A DNA stretch of 63,793 nucleotides, filler included, from Octopus bimaculoides (Eukaryota), in NCBI RefSeq assembly GCF_001194135.2. It is 10 parts of 9 records of this genome, joined end to end, with 100 filler letters (N's around TTAATTAATTAA, not from the genome) between each part and the next. Parts side by side here need not be neighbours in the genome. Positions count along the whole stretch, not along the records: positions 51,719 to 55,512 come from NC_069008.1; positions 55,613 to 62,580 come from NC_068998.1; positions 62,681 to 63,793 come from NC_068982.1; 7 more parts are not named here. The stretch is one strand, 5' to 3'. The notes under the pieces are model-generated. The model saw only the letters and a list, made by a program, of their open reading frames with translations. It had not been told where the DNA came from and made no database searches. The translations under genes and the position numbers were made by a program. Shown here piece by piece: positions 52,566 to 63,793 of this stretch; position 1 is the stretch's first letter, and each line of letters opens with the position of its first letter.

Positions 52566-55447
52566 ATCATCATCATCATCATCATCGTTTAACGTCCGCT
52601 TTCCATGCTAGCATGGGTTGGACGATTTGACTGAGGACTGGTGAAACCAGATGGCTACACCAGGCTCCAATCTGATTTGGCAGAGTTTCTACAGCTGGAT
52701 GCCCTTCCTAACACCAACCACTCTGAAAGTGTAGTGGGTGNNNNNNNNNNAACCAGATGGCTACACCAGGCTCCAATCTGATTTGGCAGAGTTTCTACAG
52801 CTGGATGCCCTTCCTAACACCAACCACTCTGAAAGTGTAGTGGGTGCTTTTACGTGCCACCGGCACGAAGGCCAGTCAGGCGGTACTGGCAACAGCCACG
52901 CTCAAAATGGTGTATTTTATGTGCCACCTGCACAAGAGCCAGTCCAGCGGCACTGACGATCTCTCTCAAAAGTCTTTACACGTGCCAGAGAGGCGACGCT
53001 GGGCACAGGTGCCATCATGATTTCGCTTTCGCTTGCCCCAACAGGTCTTCGGAAGCTGAGTTTTGTGTCCAATGAAGGATATGACGTTGGCATGGGTGCC
53101 AGTCGTCGAATTTAGTTCTATTTCGATTTCAGTTGCCTCAACAGGTCTTCGCAAACAGAGTTTAGTGTCCAATGAAGGAAAGGTATGCATAAGTGGGCTG
53201 GCTACACCCCTGGCAGAGGCCTTGGATTTAGGTCTCACTTGGCTTGCCGGGTCTTCTCACGCACAACATATTTCCAAAGGTCTCGGTCAGAAGTCATTGC
53301 CTCGGTGAGGCCCAATGTTCAAAGGTCTTGCCTCACCACCTCACCCAGGTCTTCCTGGGCCTACCTCTTCCACAGGTTCCCTCAACTGCTAAGGTGTGGC
53401 ACTTTTTCACACAGTTATCCTCGTCCATTCTTGCCACATGACCATACCAGCGCAATCATCTCTCTTGCACACCCCAACTGGTGCTTCTTAGATTCAACTT
53501 TTCTCTCAAGGTACTTACACTCTGTCTAGTATTCACACTTACATTACACATCCATCAGAGCATACTGGCTTCATTCCTTGCGAGCCTACGCATGTCTTCA
53601 GCAGTCAAGGCCCATGTTTCACTGCCATGAAGCATGGCTGTTTGTACACATGCGTCATACAGTCTGCCTTTTACTCTGAGAGAGAGACCCTTTGTCACCA
53701 GCAGAGGTAAGAGCTCTCTGAACTTTGCCCAGGCTATTCTTATTCTAGCAGCTACACTTTCAGCGCACACTCCCCCACTACTAACTTGGTCACCTAGATA
53801 GCGGAAGCTATCAATCACTTCTAGTTTTTCTCCCTGGAATGTGGCAGAAGTTACTTTCTGCACATTTACAGTGTTTATAGCTCCTGAACATCTGCTACAT
53901 ACAAAAACTAACTTCCTAGTTAACCTTCCTTTGATATTGCTGCACCTCTTATATGTCCATAGCTTGCACTGGGTATATCTTATAGAGTTTCTACCTACAC
54001 CTTTTCTACAGATCAGCATAGAGGAGCTCCCAGGGGCATCCTGTCTTGAATTCCTCTGTTATAGCCTGGAGGACTATGATAAATAGGAGGGGGCTGAGGA
54101 CAGAACCTTGGTGGACCTCTATATCTACCCAGAATTCTTCACTGTACTCATTGCCAACCCTCACCTTACTGACAGCATCTCTGTACATGGCTCGCACAAC
54201 TCTCACTAACCATTCTTCTATCCCTAGTTTCCTCATTGACCACCAGATGAGGGATCGGGGGACTCTGTCAAAGGCTTTCTCCATGTCAACGAAAGCCAGG
54301 TACAGAGGTTTATCCTTGGCTAGGTATTTCTCCTGAAGCTATCTTACCAGAAATATAGTATCAGTGGTGCCTTTCCCTGGCACGAACCCAAACTGCATCT
54401 CATCTAAACTGACTCACTCCCTAAGTAGTTAAGCTATGACCCTCTCCGTGACTTTCATTACCTGATCTAACAGCTTGATACCTCTGTAATTATTTGTATC
54501 TAAAGCGTCACCTTTACTTTTGTAGCAGTTGACTATGGTGCTGCTACACCAGTCATTGGGTATGACTCCTTTGTGTATCACCTGGTTAACAATACGGGTG
54601 ACTAGGCTATAGCCGACACTGCCAGATATTTTGAGCATCTGTGCAGTGATTCCTGGTGGGCCGGAGGCCTTCCCTGTCTTCATACTCTTAATTGCTTTAT
54701 CTACCATGGTACTGTCAACTCGGATAGCTGGTCCCTCTGTTGGGTTGACATGTGGCAGACTCTCTTTCTCCCATTCATTCTCTTTATTGAGCAATCTTTC
54801 GTAGTGGCATTTCCAAACCTCTTTCTTTGCAGCCTCGTTTAGTGCAAGCGTACCATCATCCATGCGAACACATTTCTCTCCCACGACATCACGTTTCTCT
54901 CTCACACACTGTCTTGCAACACGAAATACCCCAAGTCTTTGGTCCTCACGGCACTGAACATTGGCAAATTTTTTCTTATCTGCTTCTCTTCTGGCTAAAT
55001 AAACCTGTTGCCTAGCTTCCCTTCTGGTAGTCTGATACAATTTCTGGCTACCTCCGTTCTTCCAGGCCTTCCAGGCTTGTTTCTTTTCCCCAATTGCTCT
55101 GTCAACAACATTGTTCCACCACCACGTTATTTTAGGTAGAGAGGGGACTTAGCACCATCCACAGATATGATCAGTGGACCTCAGCAGGTTGTCCCGTAGA
55201 AACGTCCAGTTGTCTTCTACATTGTGTGAAGCTACATCCCCCTCTATTTCGTCAAAGGCTTCGAGTAATAAGTCTCTAAATCTCTGTCCATTCGCAGGAT
55301 CTTTAAGCTTCCAGACCCTTCTCCTCCATGCTAGTTGTCTTCTGGGCAACCACTTAGCCCTGATCCTGAAGTCACTAACTACTAGTCTATGTTGTGGGGT
55401 ACATTCTTCGCCTGGGAAGGTTTTGGCATTTATAAGCAGCCATCTTT
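52566..55447 (-). mobile_element. RTE-clade LINE, 5'-truncated and frameshifted (end of endonuclease, RT, 3' UTR, (GAT)n tail)
   Basis: GEECTPQHRLVV (endonuclease end), NYRGIKLL, DMEKAFDRVP, HQGSVLSPLLF, LLYAD, FRYLG, AMLHGSETW and GRGRPRKTW, spread over several frames. Confidence 0.95.
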
Positions 55448-55824
55448 CCCTTTTCCTATATATATATAAATATATATCTATATAAAAATATATATATATA
55501 TATATATATATANNNNNNNNNNNNNNNNNNNNNNNNNNNNNNNNNNNNNNNNNNNNTTAATTAATTAANNNNNNNNNNNNNNNNNNNNNNNNNNNNNNNN
55601 NNNNNNNNNNNNAAATGTCAAGAAGGAAATTTTTGTATTTTTCTAGGGCCGAAACTGCCCCTGGGGGCCAATTCCTGCCCTTGAAAATACACACAAATGA
55701 AGCCTAGGTGCTTCGCAACAAAATTATTTAAAAATTCCAACAAAATGTGGACAATGAAAGGTCAAATAAACGTTTACCTTCGCAGCCGATGTGACAGCAC
55801 GTCCGTGAGAAGAGATAGATAGAC

Positions 55825-55879
<55 letters not shown>

Positions 55880-56114
55880 CACACTACATGTCTTTTTTGT
55901 GAGTAACACATCGGCGTTTGAAGCTGTTCAATCCGTTCCAATTTATAACATTCAACTTCTTAAATTCATTCGACACGAGGTGGAGTCGTCTCAGAATGCT
56001 TAATGAAACAGTTTGAAGTTTAAACTAATTCACATATTTATTTTCTTGTGATTTACCTTGCATTTACTTCGCATTGTGTTGGCCTTACCCACGATCCTTT
56101 ATGCAACACATATA

Positions 56115-56565
56115 TATATATAATAGAAATATGTTTCAAAAAGAAGATAGAAACTACACGTGGAAAAGATATGGAAAAAGTAAGAAGAAAAAAAGCGAAA
56201 ATGCACATTGAATATCAAAAAAAATAAAATAAAATAAAATAAAATAAAGGCCTTTTTATGAAAATTAGCGATAAATAAATACAATTAGATGAACTGAGGT
56301 AGAATTAAGAGGGATTAAATTCATTATTTTGAATTGTTAAAGAGATTCAAGGTCAAACCGATATCGCCATTGCTGTTTACTGGTTCTGAATGCGTACCGA
56401 TTATCAAACGGTGTCGGGTTTACAGTAGACCCGACACCGACATAAAAAAGGCCTTTATTTTTTTGTTATTCAATGTGCATTTTCGCTTTTTCTTCTTCTT
56501 ACTTATCCCATATCTTTTCCACGTGTAGTTTCTATCTTCTTTTTGAAATATATTTCTATTATATA
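56115..56565. repeat. Inverted repeat, about 125-145-bp arms around a 180-bp spacer containing a hairpin
   Basis: 56115-56260 is the reverse complement of 56441-56565. The spacer includes cggtgtcgggtttacagtagacccgacaccg. Confidence 0.85.
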
Positions 56566-57544
56566 TGCATTTTCGCTTTTTCTTCTTACTTTTCCTATAT
56601 ANNNNNNNNNNNNNNNNNNNNNNNNNNNNNNNNNNNNNNNNNNNNNNNNNNNNNNNNNNNNNNNNNNNNNNNNNNNNNNNNNNNNNNNNNNNNNAAAGAT
56701 GATATGTTATGCTACGATAACATAGATGACCAGTGATGAAAGACCACAACCGTATAAGATGAATAACAGAGGTATTTATTATGGCGTTAAAAGAGTATGT
56801 CTGTGTGTGAGTGTGAATGCGACATATAAGAACATAATCAAAGACAGGCCGTCGTACAAAGAAAAGTGTGTATGTGAGTGATACATGTGTGTCTATGTGA
56901 GTTATTACAGCAGATAGAAAGAGAGTCAATAACACGTGAGCAATTATACCAGTTCTTTAGTACACAATAGTATGAGTCTGTATGTGAAGGGAGTGAGGCT
57001 GTGAGTGTGGCAGAGCTGATCACTAGTTGTGATGTACAAACATTTGGCAGTAAACATTCAGAGCATTGATCGTCTGGACTTCTTCAGTTAACGGTGTCAG
57101 CCTTAACTTACTACGCCGAACATTGTCACCTGATATTAACACACAGACGTAGTGGAGAACCTATAAAAAATTTTTACACCAGTCAAACATTCATATGACT
57201 CCCTTTTATATACACACACATATACTTACGCAGAGTTGAAGCGATGTTTGATTTTTTCCACCATAGAACTTCCATCATCCCAGTACCAAGTTTGCCTTCA
57301 CCCCTCCCTCCCTTATTCATCTATCACCCTGTCCTTTCTCAATCATATATTGTGACGGAAAAAAACAGAAGATACACGACGCGCTGTTTACGACTTCCTT
57401 TTGTTCATTACTGTTACGTTATCTCACTCCTTCTCAGTCAGGTCTATTACTCTCACTACTTCTCCTTCACTGAAATACTATTTTCTATCTTCGCCCTTCA
57501 CTTATACTACTCTTTCTCCTACACTCTCCTGCATGATTTTGGAC

Positions 57545-57606
<62 letters not shown>

Positions 57607-58739
57607 NNNNNNNNNNNNNNNNNNNNNNNNNNNNNNNNNNNNNNNNNNNNNNNNNNNNNNNNNNNNNNNNNNNNNNNNNNNNNNNNNNNNNNNNNNNNNN
57701 NNNNNNNNNNNNNNNNNNNNNNNNNNNNNNNNNNNNNNNNNNNNNNNNNNNNNNNNNNNNNNNNNNNNNNNNNNNNNNNNNNNNNNNNNNNNNNNNNNNN
57801 NNNNNNNNNNNNNNNNNNNNNNNNNNNNNNNNNNNNNNNNNNNNNNNNNNNNNNNNNNNNNNNNNNNNNNNNNNNNNNNNNNNNNNNNNNNNNNNNNNNN
57901 NNNNNNNNNNNNNNNNNNNNNNNNNNNNNNNNNNNNNNNNNNNNNNNNNNNNNNNNNNNNNNNNNNNNNNNNNNNNNNNNNNNNNNNNNNNNNNNNNNNN
58001 NNNNNNNNNNNNNNNNNNNNNNNNNNNNNNNNNNNNNNNNNNNNNNNNNNNNNNNNNNNNNNNNNNNNNNNNNNNNNNNNNNNNNNNNNNNNNNNNNNNN
58101 NNNNNNNNNNNNNNNNNNNNNNNNNNNNNNNNNNNNNNNNNNNNNNNNNNNNNNNNNNNNNNNNNNNNNNNNNNNNNNNNNNNNNNNNNNNNNNNNNNNN
58201 NNNNNNNNNNNNNNNNNNNNNNNNNNNNNNNNNNNNNNNNNNNNNNNATATATATACACACAAATGCATGTATACATACATACATACATACATATCTTAA
58301 GTCCTGATAGGTATCAAGCCAGGGTATTTCCAGAGAAGCACTCAGCGTGAGTGCTTTTGAGTTCTGGGCCATCAACACTGTCCGATTCCAGACTAACACC
58401 GAAATTCTTCAAATGTAGAAAATCTTGGCTTCACGAGAGTAAAACTGTTGTGTGGGTGTGGCGAAGAGTAAACTATGATTCAAATGATAAGAAGACAAAG
58501 AAATCCTTTAACACATTTTTAATAATTCGTTACAATTGTTTCTGTGCCAACTCTGTTTGCAACGCCAGTTTACGCAAAAATTCGAAGTGAAAATGTACAG
58601 AATGTTTGGAGTTACACATTAGAGTGGCACTTCATCAGACTTGCATCGAATGTGCGCTCTGAATTGGTACAAAAACAATTGCAACGAATCATCAAAGGCG
58701 TGTGAAAGGATTTCTTTGTCTCATTGTTTGGATTATATA

Positions 58740-58958
58740 AGGCGGCGAGTAGGTAGAATCGTTAGCGCGCCGGGCGAAATGCTTAGTGGTATTTTGTCTA
58801 TCGCTACGTTCTGAGTTGAGATACCGCCGAGGTCGACTTTGCTTTTCATCCTTTCGGGGTCGACAAATTAAGAACCAGTTGGTTATTTGGGTCGATCTAA
58901 TCGACTGGCACCCTCCCCCAAAATGTTGGGCCTTGTGCCTAAAGTAGAAAAGATTATA
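58740..58958 (+). mobile_element. Nin/Deu-type SINE, full length
   Basis: ggcggcgagtaggtagaatcgttagc head, gtcgactttgcttttcatcctttcggggtcgacaaattaag core, tagaaaagattat tail. Confidence 0.9.
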
Positions 58959-59089
58959 ATCGAAATGACTGCGAGTATCATCATGACTGCTGCTCAATGT
59001 TCTGTGAACACTGTAAAGGGTGTAAGGCGTGACATGGACCGCTGCAACGGAGACTTTGAAGTCGTGGCCAGCAAGAAAAGATGGCGTTT

Positions 59090-59580
59090 TGATTGCGTCC
59101 ACATACCAGAATTCACCCAGCAACTGATGAACACGGACTTAAGCTCATTTCATACAGCTACGAGAAACTGTTTGAGACTGTGGTCAAACACTGGCTGGAG
59201 AGGGCTGCTACTGGAACTTCACACGTGTTGCAGCAGGATTCAGCGCCTTGCCATACATCCGGGAAGAGTCAGAAGCTGGTATCGAAGAATTTCTACGACT
59301 TCGCCAGACCCGGTTTCTGGTCTCTTAATTCCTCCGATCGTAGTCCCATGGATTACTATGAATGGGGCATAGTTGTAAAAGACACCAAACGCTCCGCCTG
59401 CAGCACGAAAGCCGAGCTGGTGACCAAGATCTACGAGGAGCTCGAAAATCTTTTCCAGGGACACACTGAAGAACGCGTACGTTGGCTTCTGGAGCCTTCT
59501 TGAGGCTGAGGCAGAAGGGAAGGGCAGCTACTGTTATCTGCCAGGCATAATCCAGTCGACGTCTGATGTTTTAAAACACT
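59090..59580 (+). mobile_element. Decayed Tc1/mariner transposase 3' part
   Basis: HVLQQDSAPCHTS and FWSLNSSDRSPMDYYEW (relic of WPPxSPDLNPxD). Confidence 0.85.
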
Positions 59581-59714
59581 TTTATTTTTGGGTGGGATAT
59601 TATTTTCTTTCTGTTTTTCATAGAAACTGTAAAGTTTAGCCCGAACATCCAGTAAATACACGCGCGCTCGCGCACACATGCACACACGCATGCACGCATG
59701 TACACAGACAGACA

Positions 59715-59782
<68 letters not shown>

Positions 59783-59980
59783 GCATAGTTATGATGAAAC
59801 TTCAGTAACAAAACACTGGATATAAAACCATTTACGTTGTAACTGATAGGTGAAACAAGCAGTTACCCGAAATTTTTGAATTTCTGTACTCTATCAATTG
59901 GTATATTCACCCCCTCGGATGTACTGAGTTCACTCATTTGTTCTGTACCATCACCTACTGGTGAATTCATCGGTAGTGTG

Positions 59981-60020
<40 letters not shown>

Positions 60021-61013
60021 CGCGTTTCCAATTCGTCTGTACAGTATGTGTAAGAAAGTATACATACAAGTAAACAGTTTCTGTACCTCTGGTGGAAACT
60101 GTTGGCTATGAAAGTTCGATTTTGTGAGCTTATGATATTTCTTGTGAGCTCGGTCGCAGCTGCATTAGTTCGAAGTATGATCATTGAGTTCTATATGGAG
60201 GCATCTATATGGAGTTCTATATGGAGGCATCTGCGTTGCCGGTAAAAAGCTGCATCTGCATTGAGGAATTCATAGCTGGTGTACTGTCCATTATATTCCA
60301 TAGTTACTGTGCTGTTCATCACTTTTATGTAAAATATTCTATAGCTGGTTCGTTGTCCATCGCTGCTTTATCTGCGCTGCTAACATTGTAACGACTGCCA
60401 AAAGCACTATAGCTACTAGTACTTTTGCTGTGAGACTGCACCTAATTCTCAGTCACTCAGAGCTGAACTGCTGCATACCTATCGTCAACCAATGATAGGA
60501 ATTGCATACTTTTTCCTTTGAGTGACCAGAGTTTAATACAAGGTCATTCCTAACCACTGATTGGTTCGGATGGTGACGGCGTAGGCACGTCTATTAAGGA
60601 AGAAAGTGTACCGACATGTTGCCCAAAAGTGATAGTGTAATCACATCTGGTGATGCCAGATCTTCTGAGGGGATTCATCCGATGACATAGGCACCTTTGT
60701 ATTGGTTCCATCTCAGTAGCATATAACGAATACGACGTGAAATTTTCACTACGTATTCGATATACTGCAATATTGGCGATATCAAGATGTTTTGAGGTGA
60801 TACTCCTAGAAGGGACAGGAGCAGGGACTGCAACAGGTGGGGTAGGAGGTGAAACTTACTGCAGCAACCAACTGTGCTCCTTTACATGGCCAGGTGGTCT
60901 TTTATATTTAAGTGATTTTATTTCGTTAGGGATTTGATAGAGATCTGGTTGCTCGAAATAGCAGCCAGATATCCACCAAACCTCACCCTTCCGAATTAAT
61001 AGTGCTCTCTCTC

Positions 61014-61068
<55 letters not shown>

Positions 61069-61438
61069 NNNNNNNNNNNNNNNNNNNNNNNNNNNNNNNN
61101 NNNNNNNNNNNNNNNNNNNNNNNNNNNNNNNNNNNNNNNNNNNNNNNNNNNNNNNNNNNNNNNNNNNNNNNNNNNNNNNNNNNNNNNNNNNNNNNNNNNN
61201 NNNNNNNNNNNNNNNNNNNNNNNNNNNNNNNNNNNNNNNNNNNNNNNNNNNNNNNNNNNNNNNNNNNNNNNNNNNNNNNNNNNNNNNNNNNNNNNNNNNN
61301 NNNNNNNNNNNNNNNNNNNNNNNNNNNNNNNNNNNNNNNNNNNNNNNNNNNNNNNNNNNNNNNNNNNNNNNNNNNNNNNNNNNNNNNNNNNNNNNNNNNN
61401 NNNNNNNNNNNNNNNNNNNNNNNNNNNNNNNNNNNNNN

Positions 61439-61843
61439 TATACTACACTTTATCGTGCAGTTACTGTTAATACTTCATTTAGAGAATTAACATTGCTTGA
61501 TTTCACCTTTTCGATATCAGTGAAGAATTTCACTGGAAAAGTAGATATAAGATTGCCAAGATTTTGTCTCTCTCACCAAGGTCAGTGGCTATCGAATGCC
61601 GACGAAGGGAAATAATCCTGAAATCCGGATCCGTTCGTGCTACAGATCATGGTGAGAGGGATAACTTCCCTTCGCAAACAGGACAAAGTCGTGTGTCGAT
61701 AAGCCAGCTGGAGGAGATGTCCTCCTGGGTCTAAAAGCAACAGTAACATCCACCCCTAGGGGTCAGCCACACTTAAGTGGCAATATACTACACTTTATCG
61801 TGCAGTTACTGTTAATACTTCATTTAGAGAATTAACATTGCTT
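61439..61843 (+). mobile_element. Candidate retrozyme unit: 345-nt period, identical 60-nt direct repeats
   Basis: 61439-61498 is identical to 61784-61843. The unit contains an HHR and several hairpins and has no ORF. The left end abuts a 370-N gap. Confidence 0.6.
61570..61658 (+). ncRNA. Type I hammerhead ribozyme motif (U4C core variant), predicted cleavage after AUC at 61631
   Basis: Stem I CGAATG/CGTTCG, extended by GGTCAGTGGC/GCTACAGATC and CTCTCACCA/TGGTGAGAG; core CCGACGA; stem II AGGG(AAATAA)TCCT; GAAA; stem III is the palindrome ATCCGGAT. Confidence 0.7.
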
Positions 61844-61866
61844 ATATATATATGTATATATATGTA

Positions 61867-62355
61867 TACAGGGTGGAGCAGAGAGGACGGAGGTTTTTTA
61901 AAAATTCACAAAATCATTAATTTTAGCTGCAAACAAATTTTATTGATATCAATGTGTTCGTATTGAAATAAAAATTGTTTAAATTAAGTGTTGAAAACCA
62001 CATCCATCATGTGGTGTCCGTTTTCATTGATACATTTCTGAAGGCGTTCTTGGAAGTTGGCCTCCACTCTCTCCAGTATTGCTCCGTCGATCTGAGTGAC
62101 TTCCACACGAATAGATAGCTTCCTTCAAATCGNNNNNNNNNNNNNNNNNNNNNNNNNNNNNNNNNNNNNNNNNNNNNNNNNNNNNNNNNNAAGGAATGTC
62201 AGCAAACCTGGAAAGGAGGTGGTCACCAAAGAGAGGGCAAAGAACGTGCATTGATGCTCTGGCTGTGTCAGCCGTCGCCCCAACCTGCTGAAACCACACA
62301 CGTAGAATAGGCATACGTTTTCGTCGTAATCAGGCGCAGAGGTGTTGTTTATCAT
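61867..62355 (-). mobile_element. Tc1/mariner transposase 3' end and terminal repeat
   Basis: WFQQVGATADTARASM..LFGDHLLSRF, then ERLQKCINENGHHMMDVVFNT*. Terminus TA-CAGGGTG on the plus strand. Confidence 0.85.
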
Positions 62356-63189
62356 CTCGATGTAAATGCTCGGAGTTCATAGTAACAGCAGTTCCATTAT
62401 TACTAACACAACCTCCACTTATATACACTTCCCTCCTCCCTTCGGTCTCCACTTCCCCCACTTATCCACACCTTTCACTTTAAATGCATATACATACTCA
62501 TATACATGCATCTACATTCATCTACCACCTTCTCTTTTCTCTCTCTCGCCCTCTTACACACACACACACACACACACACANNNNNNNNNNNNNNNNNNNN
62601 NNNNNNNNNNNNNNNNNNNNNNNNTTAATTAATTAANNNNNNNNNNNNNNNNNNNNNNNNNNNNNNNNNNNNNNNNNNNNCCGGATTTGGTGTATGTATG
62701 TACGTTTTTGGTGATTTTTTGATGGTTTCATTTATAATCTGGCTTTTGTGTATTTTCTTTTTATTACTATTTTTCGAACCCTACCAACACCATCACCCCC
62801 TACCGGTTCCTTTCTATCCTCACACTGACCACTACTGTAACTGCACTTTATCTCTTCACACTCCCTTTCTCCACCTATCCATTTCTTTACAACCCTATAA
62901 CTTCCACCCCTATCTTCTTTTCTTCGTTCTCTCCTGTCCATATATCTGACCTCACAATCTCTTACACATCTTCCTCTATTNNNNNNNNNNNNNNNNNNNN
63001 NNNNNNNNNNNNNNNNNNNNNNNNNNNNNNNNNNNNNNNNNNNNNNNNNNNNNNNNNNNNNNNNNNNNNNNNNNNNNNNNGAATATCCCTTCATCAGCTG
63101 TCTCTATTCTATCTAGACGTTTCGAAGGTATACATGTGTATGTATATATGTATATCTGTGTATGTATATATATCTAAATGTATCGTTGC

Positions 63190-63390
63190 CAGTACAGCGT
63201 GACTGGCCTTTGTGTCGATGGCACGTAAAAGCACCCACTACACTCTCAGAGTGGTTGGCATTAGGAAAGGCATCCAGCTGTAGAAACTCTGGAACCTGGT
63301 GTAGCCATCTGGTTCATCAGTCTTCAGTCAAATCATCCAACCCATGCTAGCATGGAAAGCGGACGTGAAAAGATAATGATGATGATGACG
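63190..63390 (+). mobile_element. RTE 3' end with (GAT)n tail
   Basis: Matches 239-476. Confidence 0.85.
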
Positions 63391-63454
63391 TATATAAATG
63401 TATGTATATGTATATATGTATATGTATATGTGTATATATATATATAAATATATC

Positions 63455-63675
63455 ATCATAAATATAAGGGATTAGCAATTGAGTTGCTTCTCCAACATAC
63501 TGAAAATTTAGAAATAGCAGTCAAAGAACTACTGATTCTAAACTACAAATTTTTCTCTAAAACGGATGGCGATATTTATGGCACACATAGAACAAAAAAC
63601 CGGAGGGAAAAGCATAAACAAAACAAGTCTTTAGTTAATTGGGTACGAATCGTTTCATGGTTAACCATGAAACGA
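63455..63675 (+). repeat. Second copy of the 33375-33660 repeat with a terminal inversion
   Basis: Direct match to 33375-33540. 63624-63664 is the reverse complement of 33617-33657, creating the palindrome atcgtttcatgg-ttaa-ccatgaaacgat. Confidence 0.8.
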
Positions 63676-63754
63676 TTACATACTTACATCTACATGTGTA
63701 TATACATGCATATCAGGGTACAGGACGTTAGAACAATAAACTACAGACAACGGA

Positions 63755-63793
63755 ACGAACATAGAACACTATTCAATTTTTTTTCTCCGTGTT
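63755..63793 (+). mobile_element. Start of a third family A Penelope-like repeat, cut by the window edge
   Basis: gaacactattcaatttttttttctccgtgtt matches 15850-15879. Confidence 0.7.

Noticed and set aside
52646-52845. Exact 95-bp duplication around a 10-N gap
   Set aside because: Unmerged contig overlap; an artefact.
56690-57400. Possible LTR and primer-binding-site relic and weak HHR-like words
   Set aside because: No defined termini, TSD or intact core could be established.

Overview
AT-rich, microsatellite-dense, gap-ridden animal genomic scaffold. The SINE and LINE families and the repeat content point to a cephalopod, most likely Octopus (inference, no database search). Two host coding pieces are supportable: the large first coding exon of a HIPK kinase (851-1959, minus strand) and one isolated 162-nt exon of an M13/neprilysin-type peptidase (46252-46413, plus strand). 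The rest is intronic or intergenic DNA filled with tRNA-derived SINEs of four types, RTE-clade LINEs, decayed Tc1/mariner and Tigger transposase fragments, hAT- and piggyBac-like MITEs, a solo LTR, a truncated 5S rRNA pseudogene and several fold-back elements. The most interesting signal is non-coding: several hammerhead-ribozyme (HHR) motifs in at least three unrelated repeat families. The best one (61570-61658) has a long stem I and sits in a 345-nt unit bounded by identical 60-nt direct repeats, which is the layout of a retrozyme. Two of the families share an unusual CCGANGA (U4C) core. All folds were paired by eye; none was computed or tested. Most long ORFs in the supplied track are microsatellite or N-gap artefacts.
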